Positions 1 to 12,235 of a stretch of DNA of 64,000 bases are shown here, piece after piece (the stretch's first letter is position 1; each line of letters starts with the position of its first letter). The DNA is from Bugula neritina (Eukaryota; Animalia; Bryozoa), in assembly GCA_964035545.1 (NCBI GenBank), contig OZ037771.1:5861190-5925189 (forward strand). The letters are read 5' to 3'. Below the pieces are notes generated by a model. The model was given only the letters and a program-made list of their open reading frames with translations, had not been told where the DNA came from and made no database searches. A program made the translations under genes and the position numbers.

Positions 1-3000
1 TGCATTTGTGTTCTGCCAATAGCAGTGAGTCTGAAACACAAACAAGAACGGCTCTAAAGGATGTCGTTTAAATTTCGTCATAACTAAGCCAGCTGACTGA
101 GCAAGTAGGAGATGTTAGTTACTATCCGGGAGGGGGAGATTATATCTTAAAGCAAAAGAAAGCATGATAAAGCATAAGTAAATGCTGCTGCGGAGCCTCT
201 ACTACCAAGTTTAGATTTAGAAGTGATATCACTTCTCTCAAAGGAGCAACTGCACAGAATATTGTGACTTTTCTTGTAGAAATATACATGAAAAATAATT
301 TTAATAATAAATAGTTATCAGTACACTAAAGTCAATTAAAAGTATTTTTAGATTCTATACTTCATGACCGATACACTTATCCAACTTGCTAGTGACTAGC
401 AGTGTGAGGGAACATTTTTAAAAGTCTTCCACAGATAAGTTTAGGGGAAAAGCTGGAAGGACTCCTACAGAATCTTATAACAAAAATTTTAAACCATTGA
501 CTCGTAATAGAAACATTTAGATTTAGGAGTTATCCTTCCCAATTTGCATACAGTAAACGAATGTAAATAAACAGTGTTACACTCAGGCAACCATTTTTGT
601 CTGATCGGAATTTGTTAATTTATTAACTGCAGTACTAAACAATATGACAAGCACAACTTTTCTTAGTTTTTTTTTGTAATTCTATAGAATCGAGCTGTCT
701 ATATCTAAATAATGTGACTAGCCCATCACACCAAAAACACAACACTATATAATCCAATAGAAATACATCCAAGTGATTTTCGACTGTATTTTACCATAAA
801 AGTTGTCCATTTATTAAGAAGAAAGTTTCAAGCAACTTCCACATTTCTTCCTGTTCACTTTTACTTCCTATTGCAAAGACGACAAAACTGAATTTCTAGA
901 TACTTTAATAAACTAAAGCAGTTTTAACAAGGGAGTGAGTGAACAGCAGTGCGTTATGTACAGACAGGTCTCCCTTAAAAATTAAATAATATTCTAAAGG
1001 CAACTAAACCATCAGAGCTTAAATTGTAATAAATATTTTCTATCTTTGTCTTGGCCGAAAATTTCAAAAAGTGTGTTACTATGGCGATAGTAAATGACTG
1101 TTGTATATAGATCATAGAGCAGGAGAGGTTAGTATACTGTTAGCAAATAGAAGTAAGCAACACATGTATATTATATAACAGTGAACGTAAGTATCTATAA
1201 GCATATGGGTCATTTTACTTAACTTAGTACACACTCGATATTTCTAGTTTTTGGCTATTTTTCACAATTTAGCTGCTAATATATTATGTGTTTCTTGCTC
1301 TAAACTAAATAATTAAAGCTTTTTTAATTTTGCTTGGCCTTCTATATTTTTCTTAAATTTTTAGTAAATTGGGATATGCAGGACCATTATGGTTTTTTCA
1401 TAACAGTCTGCAACCTACCAATATGGCAATTAAATGCACTTTATTGTTGCAGGTTTCCCTCTCAGTTTTTTTCCTATACATATATTTGTAATAATCATAA
1501 AAAAAATACCACAACCTGTTAAATTTTTATGACTTTTAACCAATTTCAATTGTTGGTCCAAATTTGCTGGTGCTATTAAATAAAGTAAAATGACCCATAT
1601 CGGCTGTGAGTGTGCTGAGGTAACTTTGAGTCAAACAGAGCTACATGCAGTTAGGGTGGAGCGTAGCTGCCGGCATCAACAAGCCTGACCTTTGAACTTC
1701 GCTGAGTCTGAGAAGTAACTCTCCACATTTGGTAGGAAAGTCTGGAGAATGGGACGTAGTGTACAACATGAGGGCATCCAGCAGTCTGTTCTGGTAGGTC
1801 TGTATCTTATCCGGCTCTTTTAAACCTTTCACATCTAAACATCCCATCAATTAGATTATATACTGTGAGAGTAGCAACACACTCTGTAATATATTCTGTA
1901 ATATACTATGTAATATACTCTTTAATATACACTATGTAATATACTCTGTCATACACTCTGTAATATATTCTGTAATATACTATGTAATATACACTATGTA
2001 ATATACTCTGTCATACACTCTGTAATATATTCTGTAATATACTATGTAATGTACACTATGTAATATATTCTGTAATACACTCTGTAATATATTCTGTAAT
2101 ATACTATGTAATATACACTATGTAATATATTCTGTAATATACTCTGTAATCTACTTTGTAATAAACTCTGTAATAAATTTTGTAATATATACTCTGTAAC
2201 ATACTCTGTAATGTATTATGTAATATACTCTGTAATATACTCTGTAACTTACCCTTTAATATATTTTGTGATATACTATGTAATACATTCTGTAATATAT
2301 TATGTAACATACTACAACACACTTCACTAAGAGATTTGGCACCTAAATAGCGGTAACTACACTGTAGGCAACCCACACACAGCTAGGTAGTATTATGGAA
2401 GGCTCCACTATGACAGAAATCACCATACCTGGTAACATGGTAGCTAGAACCTTCAATGTTACATATTCATACTTGTCAACTTTGAGACGAGCTAGATTTT
2501 CACACACATGCAGCATACGACTTATTACCTGAAAATACAAGAGGAGTACAGTTACAGAATAAACAGGAGATGGAGTAAGAGAAAGAATAAGTTACATATA
2601 TGTATATATACTGTATAGTTTATACTGTGTAGTTTATACTGTATAGTTTATACTGTATAGTTCATCTGTATAGTTTATACTGTATAGTTTATACTGTATA
2701 GTTTATACTGTATAGTTTATACTGAATAGTTTATACTGTATAGTTTATACTATCTAGTTTATACTGGATAGTTTATACTGGATAGTTTATACTATCTAGT
2801 TTATACTATCTAGTTTATACTGTATAGTTTATACTGTATAGTTTATACTGTATAGTTTATACTGTATAGTTTATACTGCATAGTTTATACTGTTTAGTTT
2901 ATACTGTGTAGTCTATACTGGATAGTTTATAAACAAGGCAGGCAGGCTACCTACCTCCTCATGCTCCATCTCCCTGGCCTTCTGCAGGTCTATAGTTTTA

Positions 3001-6000
3001 CCATAGCTGAGGTGTATAACTGCATGAGAAAACCTGGACCTCCAAATGGCTCCAAGACAGATAAGTTCTGCCCACGAGTTTTTAAGCAGTAGAATCTGAT
3101 CTTCGACCTGTAGCAGTGTAGATGGTGCAAGATACTGAGTGTGTAGGGCTTATACAGTACAGTACACACGATGTGTAGGGCTTATACAGTACAGAGTACA
3201 CACAATATGTAGGGCTTATACAGTACAGTACACACAGTGTGTAGGGCTTATACAGTACAGTACACACAATGTAGAAGGTGTAAGTATACAGTACACACAA
3301 TGTGGAGTGTGTAAGTATACAGTACACACAATGTGGAGTGTGTAAGTATACAGTACACACAATGTGGAAGGTGTAAGTATACAGTACACACAATGTGGAA
3401 GGTGTAAGTATACAGTACACACAATATGGAAGGTGTAAGTATACAGTACACACAATATGGAAGGTGTAAGTATACATTTTAGCGTATAGACTCAAGTTCA
3501 CTAGATTTAGGCATAAAGTCCAACGCATATGAATTCTATGCTATTCACCTAGTTGGATACACTATTGAGATACAAGTTCTAATCTGTATCCAGTTTGACT
3601 TAGGTATATGCATATTATATAATATATACATACTATTGGTAGCCAGTCTGTTGGTGGCAATAGTTTGGTTTTTAATTTTGAGGAATAAAATTTAAACAAC
3701 ATCTATATAGCCTAGTTGAATCTTGAACTGGTTTTGGGGAATTTTGTGTAATAAAGAAAACTGATAGAAGCAGCACCAAGTTGAGGGTGACTGATTATAG
3801 TATTTGTAAAAACATTGTAGTCCAAACTCCAAACTCGACACCCCAAACCAATGCACTCAGTGACCACCAACTCAGTGCTGCTTCAAGCGATTTTCAAAGT
3901 CTATGGTTATTACTACCCACAAGAAAAATAATGTTATATTTGGATGGCCTCAAAGGTACGCTAGCAAGAATAATACAACAAGTTACACTTTAGCTAATAT
4001 AGCCATCCCATAAACCCTGTCTACCAGCCAATACACTCATATTGAGAGATAAATTGAGCCAGATAATAGCTGGACATGTATTACTCACATCTATATCCAT
4101 GAAGTTGGGGAGGTGACGAGCCCACCGCACCACTTGATGCAGCCTATGCTCCGTGAGATGCAGCATGGAGCTAAACTTATGCTGATCACATGCAGTCAGT
4201 TTGTCCACACAGCACTGCATGGGCTCAGATCTGGACTCCTCATACAGGTCCTCTAAATCCAGGATTTGCTACAAGAGAAGTTCACTTTAGTACAAACTAA
4301 ATTTCAGTTGGACAGTTTATTATTGGTTGTTTTTACATATCAGTGATCAGCTCTGCAAATAAAAAATGATTCTAATTAATGTTCAATTAAATTAAAATTA
4401 TAAAAGTATCAATTTTCTTTTGAAAACCATAGTATTTTATTATATAATGCTCATTAAAAAGTGGGGTATGTGGTGAATTCCCTACGTGAAAGAATTGAAA
4501 AATTATGGTTTTCATATCTTGTAAGAGGTTACATTCCTAACAGATACTATACAACAGTTAACAGTTATTATAAGACATTGTATTTGGAATGACAACTGAT
4601 ATATTGTGTAATGCCTCTAATACAATAGTTATTTCCAAACTACAAAGCACTGTCGATATTCTGTACACTACAGTTTACAGTAACTCTACATGTACATGTG
4701 CTGATAACTCTACCTGTATTATCTGAGGTACGACAGGCTGGGGGTAGTGTGTATGTCTATACTGTAAGTCAGGTAGCCTCATCTTCTTAGGAGGGATATG
4801 AGGAGAGACGTCAATGGACGATTGGTCTATACCCTCCCCGCTTCTGCTGGGATAGCCAATTGAAGTGCCGTAATATTTACTTCTACCACCTCTCGACCTG
4901 TCTTCTCTCACACCTACACAATGTGCAGAAGGATAGACTCAGATACTCTGTATGATGAATAGAGAAACCCCTTCCCCCCCCCTTTCCCATTGCGTTAGAA
5001 TGTACACCATGTGCATGCTGTATGTTCGCAGTAGACTCAATATCTGTACCATTCTATTGAACAAAGATTCCCTGAGCAGTTGATTTTATAAAACCAAAGC
5101 AACTTAGTACAGCTATAATAACGATTAGACACTGTATGGAGTGAGCTACAGAGACACCAAGTTTTCCACCAAAGACTCCATGTTCGAGTTCAACTCCCAT
5201 ATGCCACTTTAGCACACCATGGATGAAACCGTGGTATGCTAAAACCCACATGTTTGAGAGAGAGGTTTAGAAGATGCTATTCTATTACAGCGGAAAGCAG
5301 GCTAGATTTTACTGATTATATTGTAAATTTAGAGTCTAGTAACGCAATAGTCAAAATATCCGCAATATTTCTGTTACTGTGTGGTAACACTGCTACTGTG
5401 TGGTAACACTGCTACTGTGTGGTAACACTGTTACTGTGTGGTAACACTGTTACTGTGTGGTAACACTGCTACTGTGTGGTAATATTAATCTGGTTTTTAA
5501 GCTTGGTTTGAATTTTGAAAACCAATCAACTGACAAGATTCGAGTCACCAAGCACTTGACTCAAGCTGTCACTGGAAGTATTCAGAGTCAAGACATGTTG
5601 ACAGGTTTACCAGACTGGCTCACTAACCTTCAATCTTCATGCCAACATCACAGCACTTCTGGAACCTGCATGCAGCACACTTCTTACGACTGCTGAGAGA
5701 GATATTGCATGTGCCGCCCCTGTGACACGTGTGAGTCTTCTTATTCTGAACCGTTCTCTTGAAGAACCCTTTACACGATTCACAGGTTTGTACAGCGTAG
5801 TGGTAACCTTCAACACAGTAACACTGGCAGGGAACACTGTCAGGGAAGGGAGATAAGAGAGAATAAGGTAAATACGTGGGTGTGATATATGATCGAAATC
5901 TGCTCTAGCCTACTTCAAACCTTTCCAAATGTCATAAGACGTTGCCAAAAACTTTGAAGTAAAGCAAACTCTATATATACAGCCTTCCCACACGGATTTA

Positions 6001-9000
6001 GACTGTGGGCTCCAGAGACATAGCATGACATACTGATACTGTACTGATGGGCTAACTAATAGACTAATGTTCCCAATGAATGCCTTTCAAGACAATTGTC
6101 TGCGCAAAATAAACAAGGTTTTCAGCCAAACAAAGCAACCATACATGAAAAAGGTCAGTAAGGAAAACGGTTAGGCAAGTCAGCCCAAGTACAGTGTGTC
6201 AGCCAAAATTGTCCTGTCTCTAGCTGCATATGGCTAGTAGAATATACAATAGAATACACTGTCTACCTCATACTACACATAGAATATACTGTCTACCTTA
6301 TACTACAGATAGAATATACTGTCTACCTTACACTATACATATAATATACTGTCTACCTTACACTATACATAGAATATACTGTCTACCTTATACTACAGAT
6401 AGAATATACTGTCTACCTTACACTATACATATAATATACTGTATACTATACATATAATATACTGTATACCTTACACTATACATATAATATACTGTATACC
6501 TTACACTATACATAGAATATACTGTATACTATACATATAATATACTGTCTACCTTACACTATACATATAATATACTGTATACCTTACACTATACATATAA
6601 TATACTGTCTACCTTACACTATACATATAATATACTGTATACTATACATATAATATACTGTATACCTGTTACTACGTCACCACATATAGGACAAGGCTTA
6701 ACATCAACTTTCTCATGTTTAGAGGCAAAATCTCGAATTGTATTGACAACAGACTTGACAATGGCATTGACATCTTCATTCTCCTTATCACTGAGTGGTA
6801 CATCTTCAGTGAGGTCTAAAGACACATCGTCTGGAAAACATAACATACATGTACGTAATGTGTGTATACGAGAACGCCAAAGCACAAACATATTTAGACT
6901 AGCATTAGCGAAAAATTTTCAAATTGCAGTTCCCTTCTTAATGATAGACAAATATGTGAACATGTTCACAGTATAATGTAGACCAGACCTAATGCAGTCT
7001 GTGTAGGGCTAACAGGCTAATATTTTAAAACATATTGTATTTAGGTTGACTAAAACTAAAACATGTATAGAATAAGGTAGCCAGGTAGTACTAACTATAA
7101 GAGCATAAATTTTAATTCGGTTATAAAAACTTGTAATAATACAATAAACCATTGATCTATGTGAAAGTGAATAATACATATACACAACATACACAACCCC
7201 AAGCATTGAGTAGAAACTTCTTTTAGTCCAACTTTCTACTACAGATAATACAACTTTGGAGCTGCTTGATACAAGTAAATCATGTCTTTAGACTTAGAAA
7301 CTGGAACTGAAAGGATATGATATGAAGGGCGTACCTAGACCCCTGCTGGCAATAGGTGTAACTGTGTCTTCAAATACAATGTTCCCATCTCCATCCTCCA
7401 TTTGTACAACAACCTTCATTCCTAGTTTCTGCCTCAACTTGTGCATGATAGCAGCTTGATTTACAGTGTCTACGAAGTTGTCTCCTATCACTTTGATGAC
7501 AAGATGGCCGTCAGCATTTTTATTCGGAGATGTGGTAGCCATGAGCGAGGGAACTTCCTCTTCCTGAATAGTCTCTTCGCCAACTTCCGTTTCTTCATTA
7601 GAACCTTGCAGAGTGTATAGTTAAAAGGTGCAATTCAGGCCATAATAGCAGTGGTAGTAGTTAGTAATAGTAGTGGTAGTAGTTAGTAATAGTAGTGGTA
7701 GTAGTTAGTAATAGTAGTGGTAGTAGTAATAGCAGTGGTAGTAGTTAGTAATAGTAGTAGTAGTAGTTAGTAATAGTAGTAGTTAGTAATAGTAGTAGTA
7801 ATTAGTAATAGTAGTTATAGTAGTAATAGGTTGCACTAACACCAACACTTATGAGATGCAAATAAGAGGTAAAATACAGTAAAAGTACAAATAGGCAGCT
7901 CATAGTATAAGAGGGTATTTCTTGGAAATGGTTGACTTGATTTCCATCTAAATAGAAGGAGCTGACACATTACTTACATATACCTAAAAATATTTACATG
8001 AGAAGTATAATTAATCAAAGACATCCCAGGTGTCACAAAATAAATTGACTTTAGGTTCCAAAAAAGTGAAAAGACAATGAGATGATGTGGAAGAGAAATA
8101 TGACAGTGGTAACCTTGACCAACATGTTACATAAATGTACAAGTGATTGATTGAGCACAGGTAACGGTGGGCATATCACTCAATTCACTTCACCAAAATA
8201 TGAGAAAGCCATGGGAACAGTCTGAAGGTGATTTGATTCAACTAGGAAGAGCTAGCTCATGAAAAACACGCCACAGATTAGTACACAGTTACAGGGCTGT
8301 ACTCACCTATAATGACTGTTTGGGCAGTAATTTCACCTGAGTCGTGAATAGTAGCAATTCCTCCATCGCCAGCATCTGTGACCACCAAACTCACTGTGAA
8401 ATATATTTACAGCTCCTAAGGCTAAAGATAGGGTGAGTTCCACAATGGGAACAAAGAAGACAAAAAATGAATACAAACTTCTTTGCTTAAACAAAAATGC
8501 TGTCAAAAAGTGCTCTACTTTAGCAAATATTATAAAAGGATTTCATAAAGAAGTAATAGAAATTTGATTACTGGTTTAGGAGCTGTCAAAATCTGTTAAC
8601 AGGATAGACAGGGAACTGTGACATCATAAAAGCAAAAAATGCATTTAATTGGCAACAAAATGTAGATTTTTTGGATGAAAATTTAATTGCTTGCAGCATC
8701 TTCAAACATGCATGTTCAGACAAAATGGCTGTCAATATAGAGATGGATATGAGTATAAGAGAACAGCCAACTTAGCTATTTTATTGCCGAGTTTTAAACT
8801 TAATTTTTTCTGTAACAAATCATAAATTATAAATGTAGACATGGAGATTGCATAAAAAATTATTTTAGCTATTGAATTAAAAATGAGTGCTAAAATACCT
8901 GTTCCATGGTTTGGATTGATGTTACTACATATACTTATCATAACAGGGTTGAGAACTTAGGGTGATAACATAACATAGGATCTTCCCATATTTGGCTTAG

Positions 9001-10014
9001 CTTTGCACAAATATAGATGTGAAAAATATTAACAGCTCAACCAAGTAAACCAAGTAAATCAGATCAGCGTTGCGCTAATTACTTTTTCATCTTTTATAGT
9101 CTAATTCAACTTTTCACTACTGTCCACAAAATCTGCTACAAAACAAAAAATTTTCTTTTTCAGTGTTAGTATTGGGCAAATATTCATCTAGTTTTACTTT
9201 AACAAGCCTCAATTTGTGAATCACCAAATAAAAAAACCCAAGCAGCAGGCAGCAGCACGTGGGAGTGGAGCTATTGGGGGGTGTATTAGAGCTAGAGGCC
9301 AATAATTTTCAAGTAATCCATTAATATAAAGTTCTGCTAAAATTTTTAAAACTTTGAAAAAAAAGGGTGGAATAGCATGTCTTACAAATTGATTCACAGA
9401 AACTACCCGCCATTTTTTCCCAGCAGAACCTCACAATAAAACTAAGAACAAAAAGGACAGCCTTGATAATGACTATTGGATTTTAAAAATAAACTATTTA
9501 GCATTTTACTTTTACCATCAAAAACTGAAATTGCGTCTTAATTGAAAGGTAATCTGCAATGAGTAGGCAGATACAAAGTAATTTGCAATTGATCAGTCAG
9601 CTGTGGTGACACCATGGCTTGAGGTAAAACTAGTTGTGGAGACAGATGAAGAAGACAACATGCTGTTTGCAGGGATTGAACCTTTATAACATCTGCTCAC
9701 TGAACAAGAGCTGTAAAGATAATTTCAAAGGACGTCATGAGGGACATCAAATTTTATCTTTTTAGCTCATCTTAAACATTTTTTTTTGCTTTGTTGTGCA
9801 TATTACCAAGTCACACAATTATCATAGTGGTGGCATTTTGAAAATTTCAATTTTATTTTAATAATATCACACATGCGAGCATACCTTGTTCTGATGACGT
9901 CTTTGTTAAATCTAGTGTTTGATTCACAGCCTGTAGTAGCACTGGGGAGATGCCGATCTCGCCATCAGCTAACTGAGTTTGTAAATAAACAGTTGGAGGC
10001 TGATCTGCAGCCAT
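1..10014 (-). CDS. Hr39: Nuclear receptor of the NR5B / Hr39 (FTZ-F1-beta) type; 11 coding exons visible, C-terminus continues beyond window start
   Basis: Phase-consistent GT-AG exons: 10014-9885, 8393-8307, 7604-7335, 6830-6666, 5807-5628, 4913-4714, 4268-4089, 3107-2955, 2528-2429, 1834-1690, 30-<1. DBD: [61 protein letters not shown] (NR5 P-box ESCKG). C-terminal extension [14 protein letters not shown] resembles Hr39 AIREDRTRGGRSTY more than FTZ-F1. LBD motifs: [49 protein letters not shown]. The start ATG is inferred; the frame is open back to an acceptor at 10050. Confidence 0.9.
1878..2312. repeat. Intronic minisatellite, ~12-bp unit (TAATATACTCTG variants)
   Basis: Direct tandem copies visible in Hr39 intron 1835-2428. 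Confidence 0.9.
2606..2931. repeat. Intronic minisatellite, 14-bp unit (TATACTGTATAGTT), >20 copies
   Basis: Direct tandem copies in intron 2529-2954. Confidence 0.95.
3138..3476. repeat. Intronic minisatellite, ~31-bp unit (TATACAGTACACACAATGTGGAAGGTGTAAG variants)
   Basis: Tandem copies with a gradual change of variant along the array; explains the repetitive ORFs at 3082-3528. Confidence 0.9.
5371..5483. repeat. Intronic minisatellite, 19-bp unit (CTGYTACTGTGTGGTAACA), ~6 copies
   Basis: Direct tandem copies. Confidence 0.9.
6238..6666. repeat. Intronic minisatellite, ~30-bp unit, abutting the Hr39 splice donor at 6665
   Basis: AATATACTGTMTACCTTACACTATACATA tandem copies. Confidence 0.9.
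7643..7828. repeat. (TAG)-based low-complexity tandem repeat
   Basis: GTAGTAGTTAGTAATA / GTAGTG variants. Confidence 0.85.
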
Positions 10015-10269
10015 TATAATTATGGCAGTTCTATCACACTTGTCAACGCCTGTAGCAACAAGGGGAATTTCAAATAAACTGTTTCAGAAACTGGTATATT
10101 CTGACTGCCTGCACAAATATTAAGAGCTTGGTTCGAATTTTGAAATGTATATATTACCATTTCATGTCTTCTCCAATTAACCTATAAATTATTCTTTTGA
10201 AAATAACTTTGCTTTAGGCTTTTATTTGTGCAGTTCAAATGCATAATATAGATATTTGGTTATTTGCTA

Positions 10270-11240
10270 GTAGTAGTTTTACTAAAACTACGTACTATTA
10301 ACTATGACTAACACTATTGGCATCAGTATCACTAAGAGTATGAGTATGATATTAATTATGATGGTCGTGATAATGCCAATGGTATGAGTGAGTGTAATAC
10401 TAAGTCTAATAGTAAATGTAATACTAATAGTAATAGTAATAGTATTACTAAATCTAATATTTATACTTATAGACTATAGTTATAATTATACTAATACTTA
10501 ATAGTAATAGTATAAGTATTAGTAAATCAAAATCCAATACTAATAGTAATGGTATAAGTTAAAGTAATACTAATAATTATAATACACTAAATCTAAATCC
10601 TGCTTTGACTCTTATACTTACAGTTACACTGTGTAACTTACAGTATCACTATGATTGCCAGTATCATCATCAATATGAATGAGAATGATACTGAGTGTGA
10701 GTATGACTATGAGTATCACTATCAGTATCATACTGAGAGTGAGTATGTGAAACTGAATGTCTATACTATTACTAATACTAATAATATATTTATAGTTAAA
10801 CTAATATTTATACTTCATACCCACATACATGATACTCATACTCTCATAGTCATACTCATACTGATAATCGTAGTCGTAGCTCATAGTCATAGTGGTAGTC
10901 GTAGTATGACTATAAGTATAACTTAACTATAAGTATTAGTATTACATTTACTATTGTCTATAAGTATAAGTATAACATTAACTCTAACTGTAGGCGTAGC
11001 CGTAAGTACTGGTACAACTATAAGTATAACTATAAGTATAAGCATAAGCCTAAGACTAAGAGTAAGAGTAAGATACTAGACTCAAGAGCATTTGTAACTA
11101 AGTGTAAGGCTTAAAGTTTGAGTTAAAGTTAAGGCTTTTACTTATACTTTTACTTTTAGTTATAGTTAATCATAATCATAATGATAATGTTATAGTTATT
11201 AGAATAAGAATTAGAATTAGTTATACTTAAACTTATACTT
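10270..11240. repeat. Cryptic 3/6-bp-periodic low-complexity tract in the 5' intron of Hr39
   Basis: Mosaic of hexamers (AGTAAT, ACTAAT, AGTATG, ACTATA, CATAGT, AGTAAG) with no single unit. Confidence 0.75.
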
Positions 11241-11639
11241 GCTGTTATTGCCTATTGACATTGGCTAAGCAGCCTTTTGACTTTTTTTTATTTTGATTGC
11301 ACTATTTCTTTCTAGTTTTATTTATCGAATCATTTTTGGTTTAATTTGGTTTTTTAACAACCACAAGCTACTACAAGTACAACCGAAAAACTCGCTACTA
11401 AGTCTACTAGTAGTTGTACATTTTTTAAAGCTCCCCTCAAGCTAGTTGGTTGAACGATTCTATAAGCAGCTCCGAGTTGGGGGTAAATGAGTGCAGTAGT
11501 ACAAGATTCTCAAGTTTAGAGTTGGGAGTTTAATAAACCCCAACTTCAAATTCAAGAATTTCAAACTACTGCATCAGTCACTCTTAATTTGGAACTACTT
11601 CTAAAATCATTCTAGTCAATTATTTAATATTACATTATT

Positions 11640-12060
11640 ATGTGGAAACTGCGCCATGGGCGATTTCGATTACAACTTAAAAATAATAATTTAACTGTTC
11701 AGTGTTTTTGCTAAAGGGAGGCAACTCCTAATTTAATATCGTTTTTACGCTTTATTAGGAAGAAAACTGCAAACCTTCAGCGCTTTCTTTAGTTATTAGA
11801 CCCAAAACCTAGATTGTACCACTGAGCTGGATATTATTGAGTTCGATGGATTGTACACGTAACGCGGAATTTCGGGTTATAGTGTCCCTGGGCTACACCA
11901 GTTCAGTTACCCGGTCAAAGTTCGTGTAGCACAGTTGTCAAAAAGACATCGTTTAATGCAGCACATAGTTTGGAGTCATTAAGTGCAGTTGTTAAAAATT
12001 AGAGGTTTAGAATTCAATCAACAATGCTATCAGTGGCCGCAAACTTTGTGCTGCGTCAAG
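11640..12060. promoter_or_regulatory. Probable bidirectional promoter shared by Hr39 (-) and MPDU1 (+)
   Basis: Lies between divergent ATGs at 10014 and 12236. CpG is locally enriched against a CpG-poor background. Both ATG exons are preceded by acceptors (10050; 12229-12230), implying 5' UTR exons here. Confidence 0.55.
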
Positions 12061-12235
12061 GGATTTTTCTGTTCAAACTAATATTTTTTACGTACTTCAT
12101 TCAAGTTCACATTACCATTTCATATACTCATGTACTTATACATCAACTTATAGTTACCGTGAGCTTGCTTTGAAATTTTCAACTACTTGTACAAGTTACA
12201 TAAATTAACTGTCCATTTTTAATATTTTAGTCGCA

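Noticed and set aside
1641-1689. ORF-track C-terminus [15 protein letters not shown] as the end of the nuclear receptor
   Set aside because: A donor at 1689 and an in-phase acceptor at 31 give [11 protein letters not shown], which better fits the helix 10/11 region. Read-through is at most a minor isoform.
2104-3528. Repetitive ORFs (LQSILH.., [11 protein letters not shown]..)
   Set aside because: Translations of intronic minisatellites.
10651-10926. 91-aa ORF (also 12570-12767 and 63644-63841)
   Set aside because: By-products of triplet-periodic intronic tracts; biased composition and no splice or homology support.
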